Origin: an uncultured bacterium
GTDB taxonomy: Bacteria; Abyssobacteria; SURF-5
Direction of reading: 5' to 3'
DNA: 35,057 bases
Assembly (NCBI GenBank): GCA_964607485.1
Contig: CAZSKP010000044.1
Coordinates: 1 to 35,057 of the forward strand
Shown: piece by piece, positions 26,734 through 35,057 of the stretch
Layout: each line of letters begins with the position of its first letter
Position numbering within the stretch: the stretch's first letter is position 1
Position numbers and translations under genes: made by a program
The notes under the pieces: model-generated
What the model was told of the DNA's origin: nothing
The model's database searches: none
Seen by the model: the letters and a program-made list of their open reading frames with translations, nothing else

Positions 26734-29220
26734 TCAAAGAGTCTTCTTTTCCACGACGGCCGAGTACTCGACAACGGTATATTCGATGTCGCTTTCGGGG
26801 TCCAGCGGCAGGAGTTCGACATATCTGCGTCGGCCTTCGGTGTATTCCCGCTGAACATATCCGCTGATGGTGTTCCCCTTCTTAAACATGAACTCCACTC
26901 GCTTCATGGCATTCGGTTTCGGTAACGGGCGGGGCGCTCCCGAAAGCATATCGGCGGCGCGGCGGTAGAAGGTGACGTAGCGAATGTCTGAAAATCTTAC
27001 GCGGGCTCGCTCGCTGGGCGAAACCGCGTCCAACGGGCTTATCCTGAAGCCTTCGGCATCCATGCCGGCAGCGCGAAGGACGCCGGAAATCTGCCTGCCG
27101 TTTCTGTACACAACGTCAACTTTCTTATAGAGCTGAGTATCTTCAAATTGGTGTGTGAACTCGCCGATGGTGATTCTCGCCTCATCGGTCAGGAGTGTCT
27201 TCGAGCTGATGGTCTCGCCGTCCACCACTACTATGGAAGCGCCGATTGGCTCGATGAACGTCTCCAGCCGTCCGCCGACAAGATGCGACTCGATCGTGCA
27301 GTGTTCAGAACTGACCGAAGCGTGCTTGAGCCTCACCTCGGCCGTTCTGCTCCTGCCCACCACGAGCGAGAGGCGGCTGGATTTTGTGCTCAGTTCCTCC
27401 AGATTTATCGACCCGATGCGGCCTCCGGTCGGATCGTTGACCACAATCAATCGGCCGATGACGCGGTAGGGCCTCGTGCGCACGGACGGTCTCGTCCGAA
27501 AGGCGAAACGTGCGCCAACGGCTCCCGCTCCTGCTACTATTACCACCGCCGCGAGAAACAGGACAAAGGGCGACACAAGCGGCCCCTTTGTTGTTATCGT
27601 GAGGGTGACAGGGACTATTTCGAAGGCAACTCCGGAGTTGGGCGCGGGCTCGATCCGCAAGAGGCCCTTGTGGGTTTCGGTTCTTCTTGAGCGAAAGCCT
27701 CCGCTCCCGTCCAATGTCAGCGACAACACTCTCGCGTCGGGCTCGTCGCCATCGATAACGCCCGTGGATAACGAGAGCCCCTCCGGCAGCGGTAGAGAGA
27801 CGTCTACGGCCATCTTTACTCTTGAGACATTTCTCACGCCTCTAATTCGTATGGGGAAGGTCGCGGTCTGGACGTCACCCGATTTTATCGGCCCGAGGCC
27901 TATCGCCTTTTCGGGGAGCACCACCTCGGGCACAGCAAAATCCAAGCTGGCCAGACGCACGTTCTCGGTAAACGCCGATTTCCACGATTTCCATTTTTCG
28001 ACTAGCGGGGCTTCCACCGGCTCGGGTTGCGCAGACGTCTGGCCGGGTCCAAGACGAATCGACTGGTCTAGTGCGAGCGTCAGCAGTTTGCCTGCCCCCT
28101 TTACTCTGACGGGTAAGGAAGCGGAAAAAGACGCCACGCGAATTTCCCCCTGTCCACCGGAATGAATCATCGCCTCTGCGCCGGGGCCAATGTCGGCCAT
28201 GGTGTCTGCCGAGCTCAATTTCAGTGTGATACCCGATCCCGGGGCCAGGTCCGCCCAGACGGAGCCCGTTTCGAACGCAAGGTGAAACGTCGCCCGACCT
28301 GTCATCGGGTTCTTCCTGGCGCTGAGCAGAACGAGGTCGGACTCGGGCGCCAGACCGAGCTTGCCGTACCCTGGAAGAGCGATCACCGCCCGGGACCCAC
28401 TCGCCACCCTTATGTGGGATTCCTCATGAACATCAGCTCCCGCATTGAGCCGAACCCAGCCGCCGTCCGCCCCGCTCTCCTCCAGAACCGAGCCATCAGA
28501 GTCCGCGACCGTTACGGGGCACAGTTCTTCGGGCATGGATGTGATTCTGTAGAGCTCTGCAATGGTTTCGACGCCGTGTTCGGCCTGGAGAGCAGTGACG
28601 TCATAGGAGAATCCGTCGTTCGCCGATACGAAACGGTCGATTTGGGGGTCCCGCGCTCCGTTCAGGTAGCAGTACTGAATATACCACTCATCCTTATGCA
28701 CATGCTTCGAGATTTCGCTCAGCGCCTTTTCGAGAAGCTCCTCGGTCCGTGCTTCCTCGGAAGATATCGACGAAGAAATAACGATGATTCCCTTGACGTT
28801 CTTATCGCCTCTGCGTTTGAGCGCTGCAACCTCTTCGAGAGCACGCGCCACACCCCCGCCGATGTCGGCGGCGTCGCCCTCGGCGCTGATTGCGTCGAGC
28901 ATGGTTCCGATGAACCGCTGGTCCCTCGCGCCGGTAATCTTCTTGATGGTCAATTGCCTTGCAGCGGTTGCGAACGTGATGATTCCCAGATAGTCTCCCG
29001 GCTTCGACTGGTCGGAGTAAGTGAGAATCGCGCCCTTAACGCCGGGCAGGTAGGGAGCCATCCTTTCCGAAGCGTCCACGACGAATAAGAGCGAGCGATT
29101 GCCTTCGTTGCCGATGGCCGGATTCCGGAGCGAACCGCCGGCCAGGATCGCGACGACGCATAGGATCAACGACGCGAACCGCCAGAGCAGCGGCCTGTGG
29201 TTTTTCGCTCTATCGCCCAT
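26734..29220 (-). CDS. multidomain membrane protein: signal/TM, VWA, FecR-like, beta-sandwich, TM, FHA, tandem small beta domains (DUF6982-like)
   Basis: VWA: FVVDASERM, GIITF, IIVISS. FecR-like: W..L..G...IRV.SGSRA.I...LAPES..GSVW. TM near aa 550-575. FHA: VGRS...SVSSEHC. Repeats KKVDVVYRNGRQISG and KRVEFMFKKGNTISG. RBS GGAGG before ATG 29220. Confidence 0.75.
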   Translation of the reverse strand: MGDRAKNHRPLLWRFASLILCVVAILAGGSLRNPAIGNEGNRSLLFVVDASERMAPYLPGVKGAILTYSDQSKPGDYLGIITFATAARQLTIKKITGARDQRFIGTMLDAISAEGDAADIGGGVARALEEVAALKRRGDKNVKGIIVISSSISSEEARTEELLEKALSEISKHVHKDEWYIQYCYLNGARDPQIDRFVSANDGFSYDVTALQAEHGVETIAELYRITSMPEELCPVTVADSDGSVLEESGADGGWVRLNAGADVHEESHIRVASGSRAVIALPGYGKLGLAPESDLVLLSARKNPMTGRATFHLAFETGSVWADLAPGSGITLKLSSADTMADIGPGAEAMIHSGGQGEIRVASFSASLPVRVKGAGKLLTLALDQSIRLGPGQTSAQPEPVEAPLVEKWKSWKSAFTENVRLASLDFAVPEVVLPEKAIGLGPIKSGDVQTATFPIRIRGVRNVSRVKMAVDVSLPLPEGLSLSTGVIDGDEPDARVLSLTLDGSGGFRSRRTETHKGLLRIEPAPNSGVAFEIVPVTLTITTKGPLVSPFVLFLAAVVIVAGAGAVGARFAFRTRPSVRTRPYRVIGRLIVVNDPTGGRIGSINLEELSTKSSRLSLVVGRSRTAEVRLKHASVSSEHCTIESHLVGGRLETFIEPIGASIVVVDGETISSKTLLTDEARITIGEFTHQFEDTQLYKKVDVVYRNGRQISGVLRAAGMDAEGFRISPLDAVSPSERARVRFSDIRYVTFYRRAADMLSGAPRPLPKPNAMKRVEFMFKKGNTISGYVQREYTEGRRRYVELLPLDPESDIEYTVVEYSAVVEKKTL

Positions 29221-30766
29221 ATCCACCTCCGCCGGGAGTCAGTATCCGCAGACGTTCGCCTTTCTTGCAGTCGAGGTTCGTTTTCGGCGGCAGCGCGTGC
29301 CACGAGCCATTTCTGAAGAGCGAGTTTTCGCCCCGGCCGCCGGCTTGGCCGCCTGCAAGGCCATAGGGCGCGAAGCGTCTCCTCTCGGACAATATCGACA
29401 GGCCGGCGTCGCAGAGAAGCTCGTACTCTCTCACCAACCCGTCGCCGCCTCTATGAAGTCCTTGGCCGCTCGAACCCCGCCTCACATTGTAACACAAAAC
29501 CTTCATGGGGTAGGCACTCTCGATTACTTCGACCGGCGTGTTCATGGTGTTGGTCATGTGGGTGTGAACCGCGTCCAGGCCATCTTTGTCGGGGCGCGCC
29601 CCCATCCCTCCCGCAAGCGTCTCATAGTATGCGAAGGGCCGCCGCCGGATGCAGTCGTACCCGCCGATGGATACGTTGTTCATGCTTCCGCAGCTTGCGG
29701 CGGGAATCCTTTCGGGAAGCGCCCTGGCCAGGGCTCCCAGCAGCACATCGACTATCCGCTGGGAAGTCTCGACGTTGCCACCGGCCACGGCAGCCGGAGC
29801 AGTCGCGTTCACGAGCGAACCCGGCGGAGCGAGCACGCGGATCGGCCGCATGCATCCGGCGTTGGAGGGCATCTCCTCGCCCGCAAGGCAGCGGAATACG
29901 TAGAACACGCACGAGACCGTTATCGCAAAAACGGCGTTGACGCACCCTTTTACCTGCGCCGCCGTGCCGGCGAAGTCCACGACGGCCGTATCGCCTTCGA
30001 TCGTTATCACGACGCGCACGGGTATCGCTTCGTCGCTTATGCCGTCGTCGTCCATGAAATCCTCGAACGTGTACGTGGAATCCGGAATTCCCGCTATGCA
30101 TTGCCGCATGAGCGTCTCCGCGTAATCCTGCAGGGCGGCGGCATAGGTTTTGATTTCGTCGAGTCCGTATCGGGCATGCAACTCGGCCAATCTTCGTATG
30201 CCGGTCTCACACGCCGCGAGCTGCGCCGAAACATCACCCTCGCGCTCGTCGGGTGTTCGGACGTTCGCAAGAATCAGGCGGAGAATATCCCGGGCGGGCT
30301 CGCCCTCCGACACCAGCTTGACCGGCGGAATTATCACTCCCTCCTGATAAATCGATGTCGAAAGAGGCATCGAGCTGGGCATGTATCCGCCGACGTCGGC
30401 ATGATGGGCGCGGTTGGCGACGTAGAAGCTCGGACGGTCCTCCTCCAGAAAAACGGGCGCGACCATCGTCACATCCGGCAGGTGTGTGCCGCCGCGATAC
30501 GGGTCGTTCAGTATGACCACGTCGCTACGCTTCATGCTCACGTTCTCAATCGCGCTTTTTACCGACAGCGGCATCGAGCCGAGGTGCACGGGGATATGAG
30601 CGGCCTGCGCGACCATTTCTGCGTTTTCGTCGAACACCGCGCATGAGAAGTCGAGCCGCTCCTTTATGTTGGGCGAAAAGCCCGTTCGCTGGAGCACTAC
30701 CCCCATCTCGTCAGCGACCGAGCCGAATAAGTTCTTGAATATTTCGAGTCTTACGGGGTCAGCCAT
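29210..30766 (-). CDS. hydantoinase B / 5-oxoprolinase subunit B family
   Basis: SPNIKERLDFSCA, HIPVHLGSM, NDPY.GGTHLPD, HHADVGG, GGNVETSQR, TPGGGGYG. Confidence 0.95.
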   Translation of the reverse strand: MADPVRLEIFKNLFGSVADEMGVVLQRTGFSPNIKERLDFSCAVFDENAEMVAQAAHIPVHLGSMPLSVKSAIENVSMKRSDVVILNDPYRGGTHLPDVTMVAPVFLEEDRPSFYVANRAHHADVGGYMPSSMPLSTSIYQEGVIIPPVKLVSEGEPARDILRLILANVRTPDEREGDVSAQLAACETGIRRLAELHARYGLDEIKTYAAALQDYAETLMRQCIAGIPDSTYTFEDFMDDDGISDEAIPVRVVITIEGDTAVVDFAGTAAQVKGCVNAVFAITVSCVFYVFRCLAGEEMPSNAGCMRPIRVLAPPGSLVNATAPAAVAGGNVETSQRIVDVLLGALARALPERIPAASCGSMNNVSIGGYDCIRRRPFAYYETLAGGMGARPDKDGLDAVHTHMTNTMNTPVEVIESAYPMKVLCYNVRRGSSGQGLHRGGDGLVREYELLCDAGLSILSERRRFAPYGLAGGQAGGRGENSLFRNGSWHALPPKTNLDCKKGERLRILTPGGGGYGR

Positions 30767-30779
30767 CGTCGGTTATTTG

Positions 30780-31325
30780 TTAGAGTCCTAGCTCGTCCGA
30801 GATGCCCTGCATGGCGGCAAGGCATGTGCCGACGAATTCCTCCAGCGTCAGTCCCAGTTCCTCGCCTCTCCGCATCTGGTCACGGTCGGCGCCGGCGGCA
30901 AAACGTTTCTCCTTGAACCGATTCATGACGAAGCGGACATCGACGTCGGCGAGCTTTTTCGTCGGATGCATCAGCGCGGCGGCGACTATCAATCCGGTGA
31001 GCGGGTCAACGGCGTAGAGCGCCAGGTCCATTGTGCTCGATATCGGCGTGTGTCCCGTGTGCGCCTTTATCGCGCCGATGATTTCCGGCGAAATCTCCCG
31101 TTCCTGCAGGATTTCCTCGGTCACGAAGCCGTGCCTGGGAAAGTCGTTTACGGTTTGGTCGTAATCGAGGTCGTGGAGCAGTCCGGCCATCGCCCACTCG
31201 TCCTCGTTTTCTCCCAACCGCGCGGCGAGCGCCCGCATGCACGCCTCGGCCGCGAGCATGTGCTTGCGCAGGTTCTTGTTCTTCACTTTTTCTTTCACTA
31301 GTTCAAGCGCTTCTTGCCTCTTCAT
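30780..31325 (-). CDS. HDIG/HD-superfamily hydrolase
   Basis: NLRKH, GLLHDLDY, H...H and DPLTGLI motifs. Confidence 0.88.
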   Translation of the reverse strand: MKRQEALELVKEKVKNKNLRKHMLAAEACMRALAARLGENEDEWAMAGLLHDLDYDQTVNDFPRHGFVTEEILQEREISPEIIGAIKAHTGHTPISSTMDLALYAVDPLTGLIVAAALMHPTKKLADVDVRFVMNRFKEKRFAAGADRDQMRRGEELGLTLEEFVGTCLAAMQGISDELGL

Positions 31326-31345
31326 CGCAATACCTCATCATAGTC

Positions 31346-31370
31346 AGGGCGGTTCGCGAACCGCCCCTAC
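31346..31370 (-). repeat. GTAG-family REP element
   Basis: The minus strand reads GTAG-GGGCGGTTCGCGAACCGCCC-T: a GTAG tetramer followed by a perfect palindrome. Confidence 0.8.
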
Positions 31371-31382
31371 GGGGTTTTCGAT

Positions 31383-33362
31383 TTAGATTTCAAGCACGGT
31401 CATGATGATGTTGCCGTGCGCATCCACTCTTGCCTCGAACTCCGGAGCGACGAGCGTTGTCGCGCTCATCTCCACGACGATAGCCGGCCCGCCGAACCGG
31501 TTGCCCGGGCGGAGCTCTGTTCTTTCATAGACGGGCGTCTCGAACTTCCTCCCGCTGAAGAGCGTCTGTCCGGACCCGACAAGAGCGCTTTCCGGAATCC
31601 GCTCCGTTTCGTCGCCGGGAGAAAACTCCGGGCTCTCAACCCTTCCCCTGACTGTGAGCCGAATGTTTACCAGCTCGACCGGGCGGGAGGCGTCGGAGTG
31701 TCCGTACAGCCGAAAGTGTTCGGAATGAAACGCCGCGAGAAAATCCGCCGTCGCCGGGACGGTCACCTCATACGACTGACCGATGTAGCGCAGGTCGAGT
31801 GACCGCTCAAGCTCGATTCGCTCCCGCGCAAAGCCCTCAGCCTTCAAAACGTCTTGTCCCTTTTCTTCGAGTGGAGCGAAGAGCGACTCCAGTCGGCGGT
31901 CGGAAAGCTCGTCGGATTTCAGAAGAACCGTCTGCGAGAAATCTTTCACGACATCGGCCATGAGCAACCCAAGGGCCGACAGCACGCCGGCATTGTGCGG
32001 AATGATTATGTTGGGAATGGCCAGAGCACGGGCCAGCTCACAGGCATGCATCGGCCCGGCTCCCCCGAAGGCGATAAGCGAAAATTGGCGGGGGTCGTGC
32101 CCGCGTTCGACGGAAATGACGCGGATGGCCCGCTCCATCGTCGCGTTGGCGACCCTGAGAATGCCCTCGGCCGCCTCGCCAACGGGCATTCCTAAGTTGT
32201 TGGCAAATTTTAACATATGCTCGTTCGCCCTGTCAAGGTCGAGCCGCATCGCGCCTCCGAGAAAGCGGTCGGCAAACATCCGGCCCAGACAAAGATTCGC
32301 GTCGGTCACGGTCAGGTCGGAGCCGCGTCCGTAGCAAACGGGTCCGGGCTGTGCGCCAGCGCTCTGTGGGCCGACGTGGAGCGAGCCCGCCGGGTCGAGC
32401 CACGCTATTGAGCCGCCGCCTGCTCCCACGGTGTGGATATCGACCACGGGAATGCCTATGGGAGAGCTGGCGATAATCGAGTGAGTGCGCAGCGACACGC
32501 CGCCGTCGCAGAGACTCACGTCGGTCGAGGTGCCACCCATATCGAACGTTATCACCTTGTCGAAGCCCGCCCGGCGCGCCACCTCGAATGCACCCACCAC
32601 ACCGGCAGCAGGTCCCGAAAGCAGCGTCTGCACCGCCTCGACCCGTGCGCGCGAGGCGGAGATAGAGCCGCCGTTGGACTGCATCACCCTGAGATGCACC
32701 GATTCGGGAAGACCTTCTTCGATGGAGCCGAGGTAACCGTCCATCTTCGGCGATACGTAGGCATTCACCGAGGTGGTGCTGAAGCGCTCATACTCACGGT
32801 ACTCCGGCAGCACCCGGTGCGAGGCCGAAACGGGAACCCCCGTTTTTTCGAGTATCCCGGCGACGAACCGTTCGTTTTCAGGGTTCGCATATGAATGGAG
32901 AAGGCAGAGCGCGACGGAGTCGTAGCGCCGCGAGAGGATCGCGTCGGAGATTCGTTCGATTTCCCGCGCGTCGGGTTTCCTCTCTATCGTTCCGTCATAC
33001 AACGTGCGCTCGTTCACACCGAAAATGTCGTCGCGCCCGATGAGCGGCGGAGGCTTCTCCACCTCGAAATCGTAGAGTGAAGGCCTGTTCTGGCGGCCTA
33101 TTTCGAGGATGTCCTCGAAGCCCGCCGTTGTGACGAGCGCCACCCTTGCTCCCTTTCTCTCCAGGAGGGTGTTCGTGGCGACGGTCGAACCGTGAGTGAT
33201 GCACTCGGGCATGAGGCCGCGGCAAAGCTGCTCGACTCCTTTGAGGAACGCAATGGCGGGATTGTCGGGGGTGGACGGGACCTTGTGTATCCTGAGCTTT
33301 TGCCCTTCGGCCAGAACGAGGTCGGTGAAAGTCCCTCCAGTGTCGATGCCGAGAGTGGGCAT
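31383..33362 (-). CDS. hydantoinase A / 5-oxoprolinase subunit A family (ATP-binding)
   Basis: GIDTGGTFTD, HGSTVATN.LLE, SGPAAG, DMGGTSTDV, GAGGGSIA, FGGAGPMHA. Confidence 0.95.
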   Translation of the reverse strand: MPTLGIDTGGTFTDLVLAEGQKLRIHKVPSTPDNPAIAFLKGVEQLCRGLMPECITHGSTVATNTLLERKGARVALVTTAGFEDILEIGRQNRPSLYDFEVEKPPPLIGRDDIFGVNERTLYDGTIERKPDAREIERISDAILSRRYDSVALCLLHSYANPENERFVAGILEKTGVPVSASHRVLPEYREYERFSTTSVNAYVSPKMDGYLGSIEEGLPESVHLRVMQSNGGSISASRARVEAVQTLLSGPAAGVVGAFEVARRAGFDKVITFDMGGTSTDVSLCDGGVSLRTHSIIASSPIGIPVVDIHTVGAGGGSIAWLDPAGSLHVGPQSAGAQPGPVCYGRGSDLTVTDANLCLGRMFADRFLGGAMRLDLDRANEHMLKFANNLGMPVGEAAEGILRVANATMERAIRVISVERGHDPRQFSLIAFGGAGPMHACELARALAIPNIIIPHNAGVLSALGLLMADVVKDFSQTVLLKSDELSDRRLESLFAPLEEKGQDVLKAEGFARERIELERSLDLRYIGQSYEVTVPATADFLAAFHSEHFRLYGHSDASRPVELVNIRLTVRGRVESPEFSPGDETERIPESALVGSGQTLFSGRKFETPVYERTELRPGNRFGGPAIVVEMSATTLVAPEFEARVDAHGNIIMTVLEI

Positions 33363-33368
33363 GAACGC

Positions 33369-34073
33369 CTACCGCTTCCGATGTTGACGCGACGCTTCCT
33401 TTTCTCTTCTCGCTTCGGTGACGAGGTGATGCGCTCGACGGGTGGGCTCGGGAATCCGGTACCCCGCGCCACAGCGCAGCGCCAACCTGACCGCGCCGCG
33501 AAGGTTGATCATGTGGCCGACGGAGACGAATATGGGCTTGACCCCTTTACGGGTGCGCAGGACGGCGCCTATCGTGCGGCCTTTCAGCTTCAGCGGTGCG
33601 TAGTCGCCGACTTCGGGGCCGACCGGTCCGTGGACGCCGCAGAGCCTGCTCTTGGCGCATCCTATGGCGGGGATGCCGAATAACAGGCCGAGGTGAGAGG
33701 CCAGACCGAATCCGCGCGGGTGCGCCACGCCCTGACCGTCGCACATGAGAACGTCAGGCCTGGCGCTCAGCCGCTCGAACGCCTTCGTCACGATGGGCGC
33801 CTCCCTGAAACTGAGCAGGCCGGGGATGTAGGGAAACGCAGCCTTTCCCTCAACCGCCGTACGTTCCAGAAGCTCGAGCGACGGAAAGCTCAGGACAACG
33901 ATGGCGGCGTATATCTTGTTGCTCGGCTTGTTGTAGGACACGTCGGCGCCCGCGACTGTTTTGATCGCACGCTTCAACGGCGCGAAACTCACCTTCCGCC
34001 GCAGCTCGTTCTGTATCGAGACAGCTTCCTGATACGTCACCTTCCAACTGTGCAGTTGCTTGACACGTGGCAT
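33369..34073 (-). CDS. nfi: endonuclease V (deoxyinosine 3' endonuclease)
   Basis: GADVSY, FPYIPGLLSFRE, DGQG.AHPR.FGLASHLG, IGCAKS, YRIPEPTR.AH. Confidence 0.96.
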   Translation of the reverse strand: MPRVKQLHSWKVTYQEAVSIQNELRRKVSFAPLKRAIKTVAGADVSYNKPSNKIYAAIVVLSFPSLELLERTAVEGKAAFPYIPGLLSFREAPIVTKAFERLSARPDVLMCDGQGVAHPRGFGLASHLGLLFGIPAIGCAKSRLCGVHGPVGPEVGDYAPLKLKGRTIGAVLRTRKGVKPIFVSVGHMINLRGAVRLALRCGAGYRIPEPTRRAHHLVTEARREKEASRQHRKR

Positions 34074-34165
34074 GTCAGAGAATCTCCACTATTAAAACCG
34101 ACAAAACAGATGTCGTACTGACTGTCAATTGTTGTTCTGCCGATTGTACTCCTGTGTTCCACCAT

Positions 34166-34228
34166 TGTCATCCTGAGCAGAGCGAAGGATCTCTTCCTTG
34201 GAGATTCTTCGCTGCGATCAGAATGACG
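34166..34228. repeat. long REP-like inverted repeat (TGTCATCCTGAGC...GAAGGATCT / AGATTCTTCGC...TCAGAATGAC type)
   Basis: Arms 34166-34193 and 34201-34228 are near-complementary. A partial third copy, TGCGCTCAGAATG, lies at 34232-34244. Confidence 0.75.
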
Positions 34229-34266
34229 ATTTGCGCTCAGAATGGCTATCATTGATCAGAATAGGC

Positions 34267-35057
34267 TCATTGCTCGCCGACCACCTCTGTGAAACGGAAG
34301 TCGGCTATCTTCGCAGCGGGCGCGATCGTGGACCCAATGCGACGCGCCCTTTGCGAAATCATTTCCGCGCGCGAGAGGGCCTCGAGAATATTCTCGTTGA
34401 ACCTCATGTCTTTCACGCCGCACACGACCTCTCCATCCTCAACGAGGAAAGTGCCGTCGCGCGTCTGGCCGGTAATGAGAGTCTTCGAGGGATCGACGAC
34501 GCGGCAGTACCAGAAGCGGGTGATGAGAAGACCTCGCTTGACCGACCGGAGCATCTCCTCGGTGTTCGACTTGCCGGGACTCATCGTAACGTTCAGTGGC
34601 AACGGCCCATATGGGAAGCGCGCGGGCAACGCGTGGCCCGTCGAGGATTTATTCGCGCGGGCCGCATATGCCCTGTCATAGACGACCGCGCGGGCGATTC
34701 CGTTTTCTATGAGAACCACTCGTTGTTTTGGAACTCCCTCATAGTCGAAAGGGATTCCTATGCCGAGCGGCTCGAACGCGTCGTCGGTTATGGTGATGTT
34801 TTCGCCGGTGATTTTCTTGCCGAGCTTCCCGCACATGAAGCTGCGGCCCTCCTCGAACGCCTGCGCGCCGAAGCCGAGCCACGCGAGGAAATCGAGGAAA
34901 TCCTTGACCGCCGCTTCCTCTAAAATGACTGTCCACCTTCCGGGCTCGACTTTCCGCGGGTTCCTTCCCGCAACAGCCCGCTCGAGCGCCCGCGTGCCCA
35001 TGGCGGCGGCCTCGACGGTTGTCACATCGGCCGCGTAGCAATCGCACCATCCCGTCG
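34267..35057 (-). CDS. TldD/PmbA family metalloprotease-related protein, 5'-truncated by the window edge
   Basis: PG.WTVILE..AV, ITITDD, PFD.EGVP, STGHA, GLLITRFWY, TGQTRDGTFLVEDGE. The frame stays open to the window end. Confidence 0.9.
   Translation of the reverse strand, partial: TGWCDCYAADVTTVEAAAMGTRALERAVAGRNPRKVEPGRWTVILEEAAVKDFLDFLAWLGFGAQAFEEGRSFMCGKLGKKITGENITITDDAFEPLGIGIPFDYEGVPKQRVVLIENGIARAVVYDRAYAARANKSSTGHALPARFPYGPLPLNVTMSPGKSNTEEMLRSVKRGLLITRFWYCRVVDPSKTLITGQTRDGTFLVEDGEVVCGVKDMRFNENILEALSRAEMISQRARRIGSTIAPAAKIADFRFTEVVGEQ

Noticed and set aside
29099-30646. 515-aa + strand ORF opposite hydantoinase B (likewise 1266-2489, 12168-13442 and 17250-18191)
   Set aside because: These are antisense shadows of clearly identified genes and have no motifs of their own.

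Overview
A 35 kb window from a GC-rich, probably Gram-negative bacterium, mostly densely packed chromosomal genes. No integrase, transposase, CRISPR array or rRNA is visible. The + strand carries glgB, a MoxR/RavA-type AAA+ ATPase fused to a VWA domain, a DmpA-like P1 peptidase, four tandem PilT-family ATPases and a GT-C-like membrane protein. The middle holds an acyl-CoA dehydrogenase, a DUF429 protein, a dienelactone hydrolase, a minus-strand cluster (QueG-like Fe-S protein, DUF3786, aroE, aroK, HD-GYP) and a second GT-C-like protein. A long minus-strand run follows: TldD/PmbA (partial), nfi, hydantoinase/oxoprolinase A, HDIG protein, hydantoinase B, a VWA-FecR-TM-FHA multidomain protein, galK, a lipoprotein, a Gfo/Idh/MocA oxidoreductase and a sugar-phosphate isomerase/epimerase. 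Four observations stand out. (1) An A10 slippery tract lies exactly at the AAA/linker junction of the AAA-VWA gene, with immediate stops in both shifted frames, suggesting one gene yields both a free AAA+ subunit and an AAA-VWA fusion. (2) The four PilT paralogs form an A-B-A'-B' array in which the B copies lack the first His-box histidine. (3) A tRNA-Leu(TAG)-like sequence lacking the D-arm sits directly behind a near-consensus promoter upstream of glgB. (4) The VWA-FecR-TM-FHA protein has an unusual receptor-like architecture. All domain calls come from motif recognition by eye, not from database searches.
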